In this document: in pieces, positions 1 to 12,473 of the stretch
How the letters are laid out: every line of letters starts with the position of its first letter
Numbering within the stretch: position 1 is the stretch's first letter
Origin: Chrysomallon squamiferum
Taxonomy: Eukaryota > Animalia > Mollusca
Direction: 5' to 3'
Assembly: GCA_012295275.1 (NCBI GenBank)
Contig: CM022676.1
Span: 17,546,001 to 17,610,000 of the forward strand
Length of the DNA: 64,000 bases
Translations under genes and position numbers: made by a program
Notes under the pieces: generated by a model
What the model was told of the DNA's origin: nothing
The model's input: only the letters and a program-made list of their open reading frames with translations
Databases searched by the model: none

Positions 1-559
1 ACAAATAATAGTTACACCGACAGACAGATATAAGCATGTTTTAATATTATGACTGAGTTAAGGAAACAAGTCTGCACTGATTTCAGTATTCTACACCTGG
101 TTTATGTTTAACAAAGATCTTTTTTATGGATTTCCCTGCAAATGAACACATGGATATTAATATTAATTTGCTATTTTGAAAACAAATGTAAATCATTTTG
201 ATATTTTTATAATATTTAAATAGTTTATTCACATCTATGAGTTTATTTATATATCTCTGTCTGTATGTCTGTCTGTCTGAGTATTGTTATATTAAATACT
301 AAGTTACATGTTGTGTCTGTTAAAGTCATGGCTCATAAAGCCATAATTCTATGGTTTATTTATTTATATATGCGTACATTGTTTATCCAAAATGTCTTCT
401 TACTGCCTTGGATATATTTGAGTTGCTTAGTCCTAGCAACGTGATAACATTCATGGGATGGGAACTGAGAACTTGACTGTCTTTAGGATTAAAATGGAAA
501 CTATTATAAGGAGGCAAATAAATAAAGCATAGAGTTATATCTGTGTGTGTGTGTGTGTT

Positions 560-560
560 T

Positions 561-634
<74 letters not shown>
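560..634 (+). repeat. (GA)n microsatellite
   Basis: Direct reading; the equivalent (TG)n(AG)n tract in copy C is at ~60971-61102. Confidence 0.95.
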
Positions 635-638
<4 letters not shown>

Positions 639-1550
639 TAAGCAGTGGATATCTAAATAAAAACATGTACATAAATAAAACGGCAGAAATTGGAATAATC
701 AGCCAAGTCGTGAAGCCGCTTTGTCTCTCAAAGGCGAGGTGCGAGCATTGTCACCAAAATTACAATAAAAGGAAACCTGAGCATGTCGAAAAGCCTGATT
801 TGTTTTTACAGATAGGTTCTTTGTTCATGACAGGATTGATGATTATAATACCAGCGGTTCTTAACTACATTACTAACGTATTTTGTACCAATACTGCAGC
901 AATAAAATAATAATAATAATAATATTAATAATAATAATACATTTTTCTTCTATATACTAGGTCTAGATAATTTTAATAACGTAATAATCTTTACATATAA
1001 TAAAAACGCTTGAAACAGAAAATATAAAGCAAATATAACACTAAAACACACACACACACACGCTTTAGTAATTATAGTAAGTAAATAAACTACCAATGTA
1101 TATAAATAAGTACATTTCTCTTTAACCATCCATTATACTCTTTTCACTGAAAAAAAAAGCCGATGAGGAATTCTTTAAGTTAGTTTGTAAATTTTAGAAT
1201 TAAAATATTTAGCTAAAGCGAGTTTTGTGTGTAACAAAGTTTTAAAATGTGTCAGCCTGGGCTGGCTTCTCTCGCTCTTTTCACTGATGTCTGCGGGAAT
1301 CTAATGTATGACGTCAGCAAGGAAAACTCGGGTCTGAGGAAGAACAAGTGACAAGTGCATGCTTTGCACGGCCCAGTGATTACTACTGATGAACAGGGAG
1401 GTCACTGGGAGAGAACCACTGAGCTTTGACCTCGCTTTGAAAACTGCGATACGCGTTTGCCAGCGGGATTTGGTAAAATATTTGTTTCACTTTTGATATC
1501 GTCATCATGCAGAGTAATGTGTGTCATTAACAGCGTATATCTTATATATA

Positions 1551-1587
<37 letters not shown>

Positions 1588-1829
1588 TTACATACACATA
1601 CGTACACATTTTAGGTATTATCACAAAATATTTTTCTAAATTAAAAAATTTATGCTGTCAATCGATCAATTACCTACTATATAATTGTGGTATTACACCA
1701 TCACGATAATCAGTTTTACTTTACTAATTCCTGTCATATTGTTTTAAACAGGTCCTAGACAGTGGCAACAATAGTAACAGAAACACCAGCATAAGCTGCA
1801 GCAGCATAAACAACAGCAGCAGCAGCAGC

Positions 1830-1862
<33 letters not shown>

Positions 1863-3104
1863 AATAATAATAATAATAATCATAATAATAATCATTACAA
1901 TAATAAACAAAACGAAAACACAAACTATTATTGTTATAAAGTTTGCAAAATCTGATCTTCTTTTGTTTGCATTGTTTTGTTTGTGCAACACACATTTTAT
2001 TAGCAGCTGGATTAACATAAAACAAAACATCTGTTTTCACAGGACGACTAAATTGTAAGGTGTATTTTTTTCTTCTTTTATTATCATTTTGAAATTTGTA
2101 CTAAATTAGGCAACTAAACCGAGTTTTTCCTCTCTACCTACTGTAACATTCGATATCCAGTATTAAATTAAACAAGATTTATTTCTCATGACGAAGTATT
2201 TTATCTGTGTCAGTCACGCTGACCTGCTGAATCACGCGTTCTGAATGTCGTTCTGCCAGAAGATGTAAATTTTTTTTTTTATCAGTATCAGGAGCGGACC
2301 TGAGTTAAATAATGGATGCGGTTCGATAGTGTTTTGTAAATATATATATTCCTGTGTTTATTATTTTTTCTAAAGTAATGTCATGATATATAATAGACAA
2401 AAATCACATAGTGGTTTGACCCGAACTGAACAAACATCATTTTCTAACGTATGTTTCTATTTTATCTTGCGAAATTAAAATATTTTTAAAAATATAAAAA
2501 AAAGAAAATGTACAGCAAAGACAACTACTACTACTATTACTACTACTATTATTACTAATATAAATACTACTCACTCCTCCACTACTACTAATACCTATCA
2601 TTATCACCAAACGTATAATACTACTACTTCTAATAACAGAAATATTCATTACTTTTGTAATTTATTTTTATTATATTTACATATTTAGTTATTTTCTTTG
2701 CTGCCTACCCTCTTTTGGCCTGTACCTGAATTAATTTTCAGAAACTCGTATGACTGCGCGTATTCAAAACCCGACTGAACAGGATGAAGCGTTTCGCCTC
2801 GGTAAACAGACATAATGTAAACAGTTAAACTATACACAGGGGATCAGCACTGGCGTGTCAGTGGGCAATTCCAACGTCTTTTTATATCTGATAGTTGTGT
2901 TATGTTCTTATGATTCTTATCTTAACCAGATCCAGTATCGTCCAGTTCGTCGTTCAGTTTCAGATAGGATTTATTGTTCCATTGTTTTTGTGTTTGTGTG
3001 TGTTCCTGTGTGTGTGTGCGTGTGTTAAAACATGTTCATTTTCAAATGTGTATGTGATTCGTATTAAAGACCCGATTCCAGATAGTTTTTTTATAAATAA
3101 AATA

Positions 3105-3143
<39 letters not shown>

Positions 3144-3195
3144 ACAGAATAATAGTATTAGTATCTCTGACATAAAATAATAGTTTTTATGCATT

Positions 3196-3316
<121 letters not shown>

Positions 3317-3982
3317 GTCTGTCTGACATGTATCTGTTAAAAAGGTCTCTTTCTTGCTTTCCTTCTTTTCTTAGATGAAAAAGGTCTGTATGTTTTATTA
3401 TTTGTAGGTTACTGTTTGCATGGACTGAACGATCAGTAAATATTTTATTTTTATATTGTAATTTGTTAGACAGCGAGACACATTACATTCAGAAATATCA
3501 GTATTTGTACGTATCGTTAGATCTGGAAATAAGTTTGATTAAATTCATATCATAATATGTTAAATCGGGAAATTAGTTTAATACTGACATAAAGTATGAA
3601 GAAATTTACGTGTGCTATTGTGATGTATCAGTTTAATTGCAATGTACTTTATTGCTTTATTTAATAAGACGAGCATCTCTTCATCATCTTTGGGTTTGAA
3701 GTGTGTTCTTTATAATACTCCGGAATAAATCAATAAATCTGTCATTATAAAACACACTTGTAACTTTTTTATTATTCACCAGTGCAAACAAACAACATAG
3801 TAAGTTTCACTTCAGTAAACAAATAAAATATGGTTTGAACATATTTCAAATTGGTTTATGCCGTGAATGGAGACATGAAAAGCTATATAAATGAAAAAAA
3901 AAAAAAAAGAAAGATAGACGCAGAAGAAGAAAACATTCCTTTGTTCGTCAGTGAAAACAAAATCTTATCTTTATCTCCTTAC

Positions 3983-4115
3983 AGTCGCCATAGTCAAGAT
4001 TTCTGTCTTTTTTTAGAGGTTAACTGAACTAACATGGGAGATTTCACTTTGTCTCTTCAAACTTTTCTTTCGTGGGAAGAAAATATGTGTGCATGTATTT
4101 CCCAGGAAACAAAAG
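3983..4115 (-). promoter_or_regulatory. Candidate promoter plus micro first exon (ATG GCG ACT|gtaagg) inside the triplicated block
   Basis: Minus-strand ATG at 3991 reads M-A-T then a GT donor. The equivalent site is at 62389 (gtgagg) and 16669 (donor changed to ct). Immediately upstream are TTTCACTTTG, TTCGTGGGAA and TTCCCAGGAA motifs. No downstream coding exon was identified. Confidence 0.3.
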
Positions 4116-4119
4116 TTCG

Positions 4120-4161
<42 letters not shown>

Positions 4162-4451
4162 AAACTTAATATTTTTGTCAAATAAAAATATGAAAAAAAA
4201 TAGCGGCAACATCTATTGAAATAAGTTAGTTGTATTTTTGTAAGCTATTAAATAAGCTAACATAAAATTCAATCCACTTCTCTGTAAATTTTCTGACAAA
4301 GCTGTAGATAAACAGAGGGCGATCAGCTGAATATTATCAACACATTTCATACAATAATTACTATCAGGAAATTAATTTAGTTATATTGAGAGAAGATAAT
4401 AATTGTACTCAATCAGACGTGTTTCAGACAGACATGTATATGTAGGCGTAT

Positions 4452-4453
<2 letters not shown>

Positions 4454-4548
<95 letters not shown>

Positions 4549-4682
4549 ATAGAGACAGAGAGAGACAGAGAGACAAGAGAGAGAGAGAGAGAGAGAGAAA
4601 GAAAGAGACAGAGAGACAGAGTGAGAGAGACAGAGAGAGAGAGAAAGAGAGAGACAGAGAGAGACAGAGATAGAGAGAGTAG
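4454..4682 (+). repeat. (GA)n / degenerate GAGACA microsatellite
   Basis: Direct reading; homologous tracts at ~17114-17224 and ~62850-62875. Confidence 0.95.
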
Positions 4683-5026
4683 ATTAATCACAGTTATTAA
4701 AATAATCAAATGTGCTAAATTTACAACTATACTTCTAGTTTGCGTGTTTTTGAGATATTGTATTAGTTTTAATAAACGTGAGACTTAAAACGTTTCCGTC
4801 ATACCTGTCTTTTGTGCAGTCTCTCATTCACGCATAGAAACAAACTGTATGTATTTAGATTATTCAACTAATGAAATATATGCTATAGTATACTGAATTA
4901 ATTAGTTTAAAAACAATATATATGTATGTCTCTCTGTGTGTGTATGTGTTAACAATACGAAATAAAGGTGTCTAATATATAGAGAAAGAATGTTCTTATT
5001 ATTGTTATTACAATTATTATTATTAT

Positions 5027-5079
<53 letters not shown>

Positions 5080-5491
5080 CTATTATGTTATCTTTGCATC
5101 CTGTTTTTCATTGCTATTAATTAATTATATATGTTATGAAGAGGATAGATAAGAGTCTGTATATATCCATACACGTTAAAAAAAGTTCTATTTTTGGTGT
5201 AGAAGTGTATTATATTTGTCTTTTGTCCGACAAAAAAACCTATAAAGCGGGCTTCACTTTATGACGATGAAAAAATTGTGACGGGTTTATTCAGAGAGGC
5301 TATTCTCATTTATAACTGAACCGTTACCGAAAGTCTAAGATTTCATGATGTCATTTTGATCTTTACTTTTCTGTCCCGCAATCGAACACAGCTTCACGTT
5401 ATGTTTTAATGAATTGGTTTATCTGTACTTACAAAAGGAGCTCTGTTTATCTCTATGAGTTTGTACATCTTAGTATTTCTATCTTTAGATC

Positions 5492-5880
5492 TGTGTGAGT
5501 GCGTGCGTGTGTGCTTGCTTGTATATAGATAGCTTTAAGAACGTATTAATGTGTGCGTGTGTGTATGTGTGCGTGTGTGAGAGCGTATATGTGTGTCTGT
5601 GTATCTGTGTGTGTATGTATTTGTGTGTAGCTGTGTGAGTGTGTGTATGTGAGTGTGTGTAGCTGTGTGAGTGTGTGTATGTATGTGTTTGTATGCAGCT
5701 GTGTGAGTGTGTGTCTGTGTATGTGTGTGAGTGTGTGTATGTATGTGTGTATGCAGGTGTGTGAGTGTGTCTGTGTATGTGTTTGTGTATGTGTGTGAGA
5801 GTATGTGTGTGAGTGTTTGAGAGCGTATATGTGAGTGTGTGCATATGTGTTTTATGTGGGTGACTGTGTGTGTGAATGTG
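5492..5880 (+). repeat. Degenerate (TG)n low-complexity tract
   Basis: Direct reading; source of the His/Thr-rich spurious ORFs. Confidence 0.9.
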
Positions 5881-6251
5881 TTTCTCTGATGATACAAGAG
5901 AGAGAGATAACAATAATAATATTTATTATTAAACTATTTGATATTTTAAACAAGGACGTTTGTACTGTATAGTTTAAAAACAAACGTGTGAACTGCAAGA
6001 TTATGAAAAGAAGCGAAGCGATAACTTGTATTATTCATACTGGCCTGTAGGATATTTGTATAGTTATGATTTTCAGATAGACTGGTTCGACAAAACATTC
6101 ATTTAAGATTACGAGAAACGGTGTAAATCTACAGAAAACAAAATAATATTAAGATAATAAAAGAAAAAGTTCTGTATTGTTTCCAAGGGCTCTCTTTAGA
6201 TTTACAAATGTTGTGTAAATCTGTGAAACACGATATGTATTCTCATTTTAG

Positions 6252-6282
<31 letters not shown>

Positions 6283-6381
6283 TGTGACGAAGACATAATC
6301 CGCGGCAGCGGTTCCGTTTCATATACAGAAGATCACCTTAGAGAATTTCAAAATTTAGCCATGCTTTACATATATATATAT

Positions 6382-6431
<50 letters not shown>

Positions 6432-6531
6432 AATTATACATGTTCCTTCTTTTTATATATAAGTGTTATGTTTTCGTGAATTGGTTTATTTGTTTTTACA
6501 AAAAATAGGTTTGTTTATCTTTACAGCTTTG

Positions 6532-6593
<62 letters not shown>

Positions 6594-7633
6594 CGTTTTT
6601 TGTGTATGTGTGTATACCAATGTGTATGTGTATATGTGCATCTATAATTGTGTGTATGTGTGTATATGTGTGTGTCTATGTATGTGTGTCTGTGTTTGTG
6701 TGTGTGTAGATATGTTTAAGAAAGAGTGAATACTACTCTGATTGTGCAAAACGGACGTGACGGGTGTAGTTTTATATATATATATATATATGTATGTATT
6801 ATGTAGTTATAGACAATGCTAATTACTATATATATTATTTGTCTTTTGTTCTGGAATTTACATTTGGTATCTCAAGTAGACAGCATCCGGATTAGTCACT
6901 GTTTTGTTCACCACAGATTAACAGTAGATGGAAGGGAAACTGAAATGTGCCTGTGTAGCAGTTAATTACAAACCCCTGGAATTCGCACACCCCAGGGATT
7001 TGTAATTTGATAGGAAATGCCCCCACCCCGTGGAATAGTACACTGCATAGCATCCCTGTTACTCCTATCTTCTGGCACACCACTGGCATAGACTGTGAAT
7101 GTCAGTCAGAAGGGAAACGGTTATATACAAACAGTTTCTGACTACTACAGCAAGTGTTATCAGTACTTTAATTAATTATTGTTTATGAAGGAAGTTGTTC
7201 AATAAATAATCTCCAATCAGACTGTCGCTCTTTTTATTTTTCAGTTGTGTATCACAAGAATGTGACCACAGCTTTTTGTAGCTGCAGCTAAAATTAAAGT
7301 CAGAAAAGCCTGACATTTTAAGGTTCCGTCGGGATAAAATATTTTTGTACAATTTAACAGACATACTATATTTGAAACTGTTGTTAAACACAAACATAAA
7401 TAATTTTGGGCAAAAAACCCAGAAGTTTGACCCATTTCTAACGTGCAAATATTTGTTGTTCATATCAAAATCACATATGGAAGGAATGTTTGTAGTGAGA
7501 TGCAATTAAAAACACAAACAATACTGCTATGTGTGGGTATATTAGCAGGGTTTTGTGATTTACAGGGTTTGTGATTTCCTGCTACACTAGTTTATAAACA
7601 AATCCCGGTTAGTCCAAGGTTCTTTTGTGCACG

Positions 7634-7651
7634 GTGTGTGTGTGTGTGTGT

Positions 7652-7684
<33 letters not shown>

Positions 7685-7896
7685 ATAAAACAATTTAAAA
7701 CAGTTTATTTGTTTATTATTTAAAATTAACTAATGATTAGTGTTGGTGAAACCTAAGACAACCGAATATCTGTGTGTGTGTGTGTATGTGTGTGTGTGTG
7801 TGTGTGTCTGTGATAAAACAATTTAAAACAGTTTATTTGTTTATTATTTAAAATTAACTAATGATTAGTGTTGGTGAAACCTAAGGCAACCGAATA

Positions 7897-7933
<37 letters not shown>

Positions 7934-7940
7934 CTGTGTG
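7634..7940 (+). repeat. 128-bp tandem duplication bounded by (TG)n tracts
   Basis: GATAAAACAATTTAAAACAG...CAACCGAATATC starts at 7684 and again at 7812. Confidence 0.9.
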
Positions 7941-8330
7941 CGTATGTTTATGTATGTCTATACTATTACTCATTGTCTGCAGAAAAGAAACAAATAAATA
8001 AAAATAACAAAAAAAACAAATAAATAAAAATACCTGATACATTTACTTCTCTATCTTTGTAATTCACCTGTTTACATTTTAAACACAAAATAAATACAAA
8101 ATAAAAATACAAAAATAAATAAGAAATGAGATGTTTTAATATATCATGCACGTGTTTGACAGAAATCAGTCCATTAGAAATCAAAAATTTCAAATAAAGT
8201 GTGTATGACGTCATCACTGCTGTCTGACGTCATCAGAAATACAAAACGTAAACAAACATAAATAAATAAATAAATGAAAATATTAGCTGAGTGATGACTA
8301 AAAGTGACAGTGTTTGAACGATGTTGTTTT

Positions 8331-9393
8331 TTACACTAAAAATAACAAAGCTGGTATTTGTCCTCCATACACACGTGTACGACCAAGTTGTCTCTCACTG
8401 TGTTTAGATTTGTGTGACTCAGAAAATCTACAAACAAAAGAGTCTACAACAATTTCTGATTTACCTCCAACTCCACATCATGTGTTGTCTCCCTTAACAT
8501 TAACAAACAAGCTGTACTCAGTGTCTTTAGTAATCTTCACTGGACGACTGAACACGACGTCATACACGTCAGACACGTGTTCATATCTCTGTGTCAGCGT
8601 AGACCCGTCCAGTATTTCGTCTGTTCTTGTGTCAGTGACGAAGGCGCTGACGTCGTAGTTTTGTGGTTCACGGTGACCGTACAACTGAAATCCGCGAAGT
8701 AAAGCTTTTTTGTTGACACAGAAAGTAATGGCGTCATCTTCTTTACCAGAACATGGGAAGCCCGAAACAAATTCAATATACCCTTTAAACCTGTTTATTG
8801 TAATCTGTGTTTTAGGAATCATTGCAGTTCTCTTGTTTGAGTTAAAAGGTGAAACATCTTCATCTGGACAAAGGAAATGTTTTGTAATTTTGAGTTCTTC
8901 TGTCTCAGTGAGTATGTGAGTTGGTGTTACGTGTTTTACAAAATACGTCTGATCGAGTAATGGATAACGCACGTGCTTCACGACCTCTCCCAGTGCTTCG
9001 CGCATGTTTTTTTCACTCGTCTCTCTTCCTTCCTTCCTGCACGCGCTGTCAGCCCACTTCACAGCGGCTTCAAAAACATTTTTCTCGTCTGCTGTCAGTT
9101 CGTCTGATCGTACGATCTCAACCAGACATTCGTGACAAAGATCGGTGACTTCATCCGACTTCAAAACTTCGTCGCCATTTTCCAAAATGAAGTCCAGAGT
9201 TTTTTTCCTTAGATCATGTTTATCAAACAAGTGAGCTTCTTCCAGCACGATGCACGCATTCCGTGACGACAACGACGACTCCAAATAGTTGACACACTGT
9301 TCTTCCAGTGTCGTGATGATGTACTTCCTCGATAGATTCAGCAGACCGGTGACGTTGTCGCCTGTTAGGACGACGTCATCCGTATAAAGATAT
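8331..9393 (-). CDS. BTB/POZ-BACK-PHR protein (BTBD3/BTBD6-like), last coding exon; interrupted by an in-frame TGA at 8478-8480
   Basis: Acceptor ttttacacag|A at 9393 gives (K)YLYTDDVVLTGDNVTGLLNLSRKYII..LEEQC (BTB end). This is followed by NAC..LEEA..F...L...L..I, ..DELTADEKNVFEAAVKWA...C and VRYPLL (BACK), then INRF..DAITFCVNKK..LRGFQLYG (PHR). After the TGA the frame stays open for 48 codons to the PHR terminal motif TRVYGGQIPALLFLV* at 8331. Confidence 0.88.
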
Positions 9394-9655
9394 CTGTGTA
9401 AAAGAAGTAGAGTAAGACTTTAAAATGTGAGATAACTATGTGAGATCAGTTAATAAAGATATCTGTGTAAAAGAAGTAGAGTAAGACTTTAAAATGTGAG
9501 ATAATTATGTGAGATCAGTTAATAAAGATATCTGTGTAAAAGAAGTAGAGTAAGACTTTAAAATGTGAGATAATTATGTGAGATCAGTTAATAAAGATAT
9601 CTGTGTAAAAGAAGTAGAGTAAGACTTCAAAATGTGAGATAATTATGTGAGATTA
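9386..9655. repeat. 69-bp minisatellite x4 spanning the BTB gene 3' splice site
   Basis: AAAGATATCTGTGTAAAAGAAGTAGAGTAAGAC starts at 9386, 9455, 9524 and 9593. Confidence 0.95.
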
Positions 9656-9839
9656 ATTAAATAGAAAATAATTAGATTACTAACAAAAACTGTATTGTTA
9701 TCAACGTTTCTGTCTGTATGTATGTCTCACTTCTTCACTGTGTTCGTACATGTGTTTCCATGTCTCTGTGTATATGTGTGTGTGTCAGTATGGGTGTTTG
9801 TGTGTGCGTGTGTGTATGTGTGTGTGTTTTTTAACATAC

Positions 9840-10051
9840 TTTAAAAACTCTGAAAAGATGTCTGCCTTCACATCAGGTATCACAATATCTGATTTTTCGC
9901 GAAGTTCATAAACATCCACTAAAACTTCGCTTCGAAATATAAACTGATTTTTTTGTTCCCCGACTAAAATTTCCGTGTGAGTTTTTGTAAGAAAAACGTG
10001 TTCACATTCTTTCAGATTCTTCCCTGTCTGCCAACCTGGACATATTCTCAA
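9840..10051 (-). CDS. BTB domain exon of the same BTBD3/6-like gene (degenerate N-terminus)
   Basis: GWQTGKNL.EC...VGEQK...RSEV...IVIPDVKADIFSEFLK. The phase-2 donor AA|gtatgt at 9840 joins in frame to the 9393 acceptor. The nearest ATG (10043) is out of frame with GWQ, and the usual AH+xVL...VFxAM segment looks shortened, so the gene may be a pseudogene. Confidence 0.75.
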
Positions 10052-11064
10052 AAACAGAAGATAAAATAACCATAATTTAATATATAAAAAAAATATAATT
10101 TACAAAATTTCATTTACATATGACATAAAATATTCCAAAACCGAAACAAACACTTTTTATATAAAAAAATTAATCAAAATCATTTCTAAAAACCGACTAC
10201 TTTCTGTTTAACGCCTCTACTGCTGAACACTGAGATCAGAGATCTAAAAATAAATAAATAAATAAATAAATAAAAGATAAGGAAAGAAAGAAAAACATCG
10301 GATAGATAAAGGATAAAAAAGAAATATCTTGTGGTTATGGTAATGATTACTATCCTGATGACGAAGACACAAAGAATTATTTTTATTATCAGTATTATTA
10401 TAAACAGAGGTGTGTGGTCAGTCAGGTAAGAAATATTTCACTGTGGGAGAAACGATTTTCATATCGCAATGTACTTGTGGTCATTTATAACAATTTACCT
10501 CTCGAAAAGTCAGCAAAATTATCCGTCAGTGACAGATCTAAAAAGAAACACTAAAGAACAAGAAATATTAATAAAGAAACAAAAAAAAAAATAATAAAGA
10601 AACAAACCAGGATGCGATATTTTTGAAATAGAAAACAATTTAAAATACCTTCTAATTTAAACTTGATGATGGAGAATTTATTTAAGCTACTATTTTCTCT
10701 CTGTCGACTCAACTGCTGTAGATCACCGCTATCACAGATCTAAGAATAAATGAATACAAATTAAAATAAAATAAAACGAAATGAAATAAAGTAAGCAATA
10801 AATAGCAAAATATATCAATAAGAAATAATGGCTCTACTAGGTAGTAACAGAAATGGTAGTACTAGTATTAAAGATATTACTACTACTACTACTACTAGTA
10901 ATAAATTAAGAACACTGGAATAGTTAAAACATAATAAAATAAAAATATCATAGACTTTCAATATGGCCGACTTGTTTTATTTCTGCTTTGTGTACTTTTC
11001 GTTCTTAAAATCCTCCACTGATAAACACGCGAGTGACGTCAGATATTTTACACGTCATCAAGTG

Positions 11065-11281
11065 CAGTGGCGTGCAAAGGTGAGGGCCGAAGGCAATCTG
11101 GCACCGTGCATCCAGATTTATATTTAAATCGAATAAAGTGTTTATGTTTTATCTGTGTTTACGTATTCAAAATATCTTCCTTTCTCATACTATTCCTCAG
11201 TGCTAGGCCTTGTACTTGAATCTTTGGGAATTACAATCAATGAGTTGGCCCCGGGCTTCACCAGACCTCCACACGACACTG
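11065..11281. mobile_element. hAT-type MITE (217 bp)
   Basis: Perfect 8-bp target-site duplication ATCAAGTG (11057-11064 and 11282-11289). Imperfect TIRs CAGTGGCGTGCAAAGG / reverse complement CAGTGTCGTGTGGAGG. An 8-bp TSD with CAG termini is typical of hAT elements. Confidence 0.8.
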
Positions 11282-11448
11282 ATCAAGTGTCACGTTGTTA
11301 GGTTTCAATGTCAGAATAAAATAAAGAAATCGTCCTACCAGATATTTGTGTACTCATCTTACATAAATCTTCTTTAAAATTGATTACAACAATTGAACAG
11401 ATTAAGAACTACTAGATTGCATTGTTTATAGGTAAGTTATGAAATCTG

Positions 11449-11509
<61 letters not shown>

Positions 11510-12183
11510 TAATATAAACAAGAGCAAAAACAACAATAAGAAGAAGAAATAAATTTTACAGTGCACTAAATATACGTGTACCTATTTTATTTCTCTGACG
11601 ATGCTTACATGACCAGTATATCAAGTTAAGCTAAAACGTGACGTTTGTTTGTAATGTAGCTAAAATAAAAATAGGGTGCCACAGCTTCATGAGAATCACA
11701 AAGGTAATAAAAATAATAATAATATAAATAATTAAATGAAAAAACAGGAAAAACAACTGTAACTATTAATTTAAAACGATATCGGTGTAAAACTGGATAA
11801 TTTCTTAGAAACGACTACATTCTATTTAACGATTCTATTATAAATCTGTGATATTAGATATAAATAATGAAGTAAAATAAAATAAAATGAAATAAATACA
11901 TAAAACATAATAAAATTAAATAAAGTAAATAGACAAAAGTATGCATAAGAGTTCGTGTGAAGATACATATAGTAATCACAGTACTACGTACTTTGTACTA
12001 TTTCTATAAGAAGGAAATGGAACACTTAAACCAATTCGAAATAATTACTTTTCTTATACTGATTCGAACGAGTGACAGATAAAAGCGAAAATTAAATAAG
12101 AAGGAAGGAACGAATGAAAGGAGGGAAAAAAGAAAGTAAGGAAAAAAAAAGGAAAAACGGAATAGAAGGAGGAAAAATCATTA

Positions 12184-12229
<46 letters not shown>

Positions 12230-12438
12230 TATTATTATTATTATTAATTATATACTACTACTAATACTACTAATACTAAGAAATTATTTTGCTATTATTA
12301 TTATTATTATTATTTTATTATATTTTAAATTGTTTCTTATTTAAAATGGGAACACCTAAAACAAATTCTTCATTCTGAAGTAGGCAGAGAACGAAGAAAT
12401 TATTTGAATGTATCATTATTATTTTATTATTATTATTA

Positions 12439-12473
<35 letters not shown>

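Noticed and set aside
665-910. 81-aa ORF with CEHC
   Set aside because: The paralogous copy at ~61170-61275 changes the CxxC and diverges after ~35 codons; no domain is evident.
7176-7505. 109-aa ORF
   Set aside because: No recognisable motif or splice support; it likely lies within a repeat.
8150-8330. SECIS element for the BTB in-frame TGA
   Set aside because: The ATGA-containing hairpin lacks the apical AA and non-Watson-Crick GA quartet geometry; it is better explained by two CRE palindromes.
8314-9148. Plus-strand ORFs overlapping the BTB exon
   Set aside because: Antisense shadows of the real minus-strand frame with no domain features.
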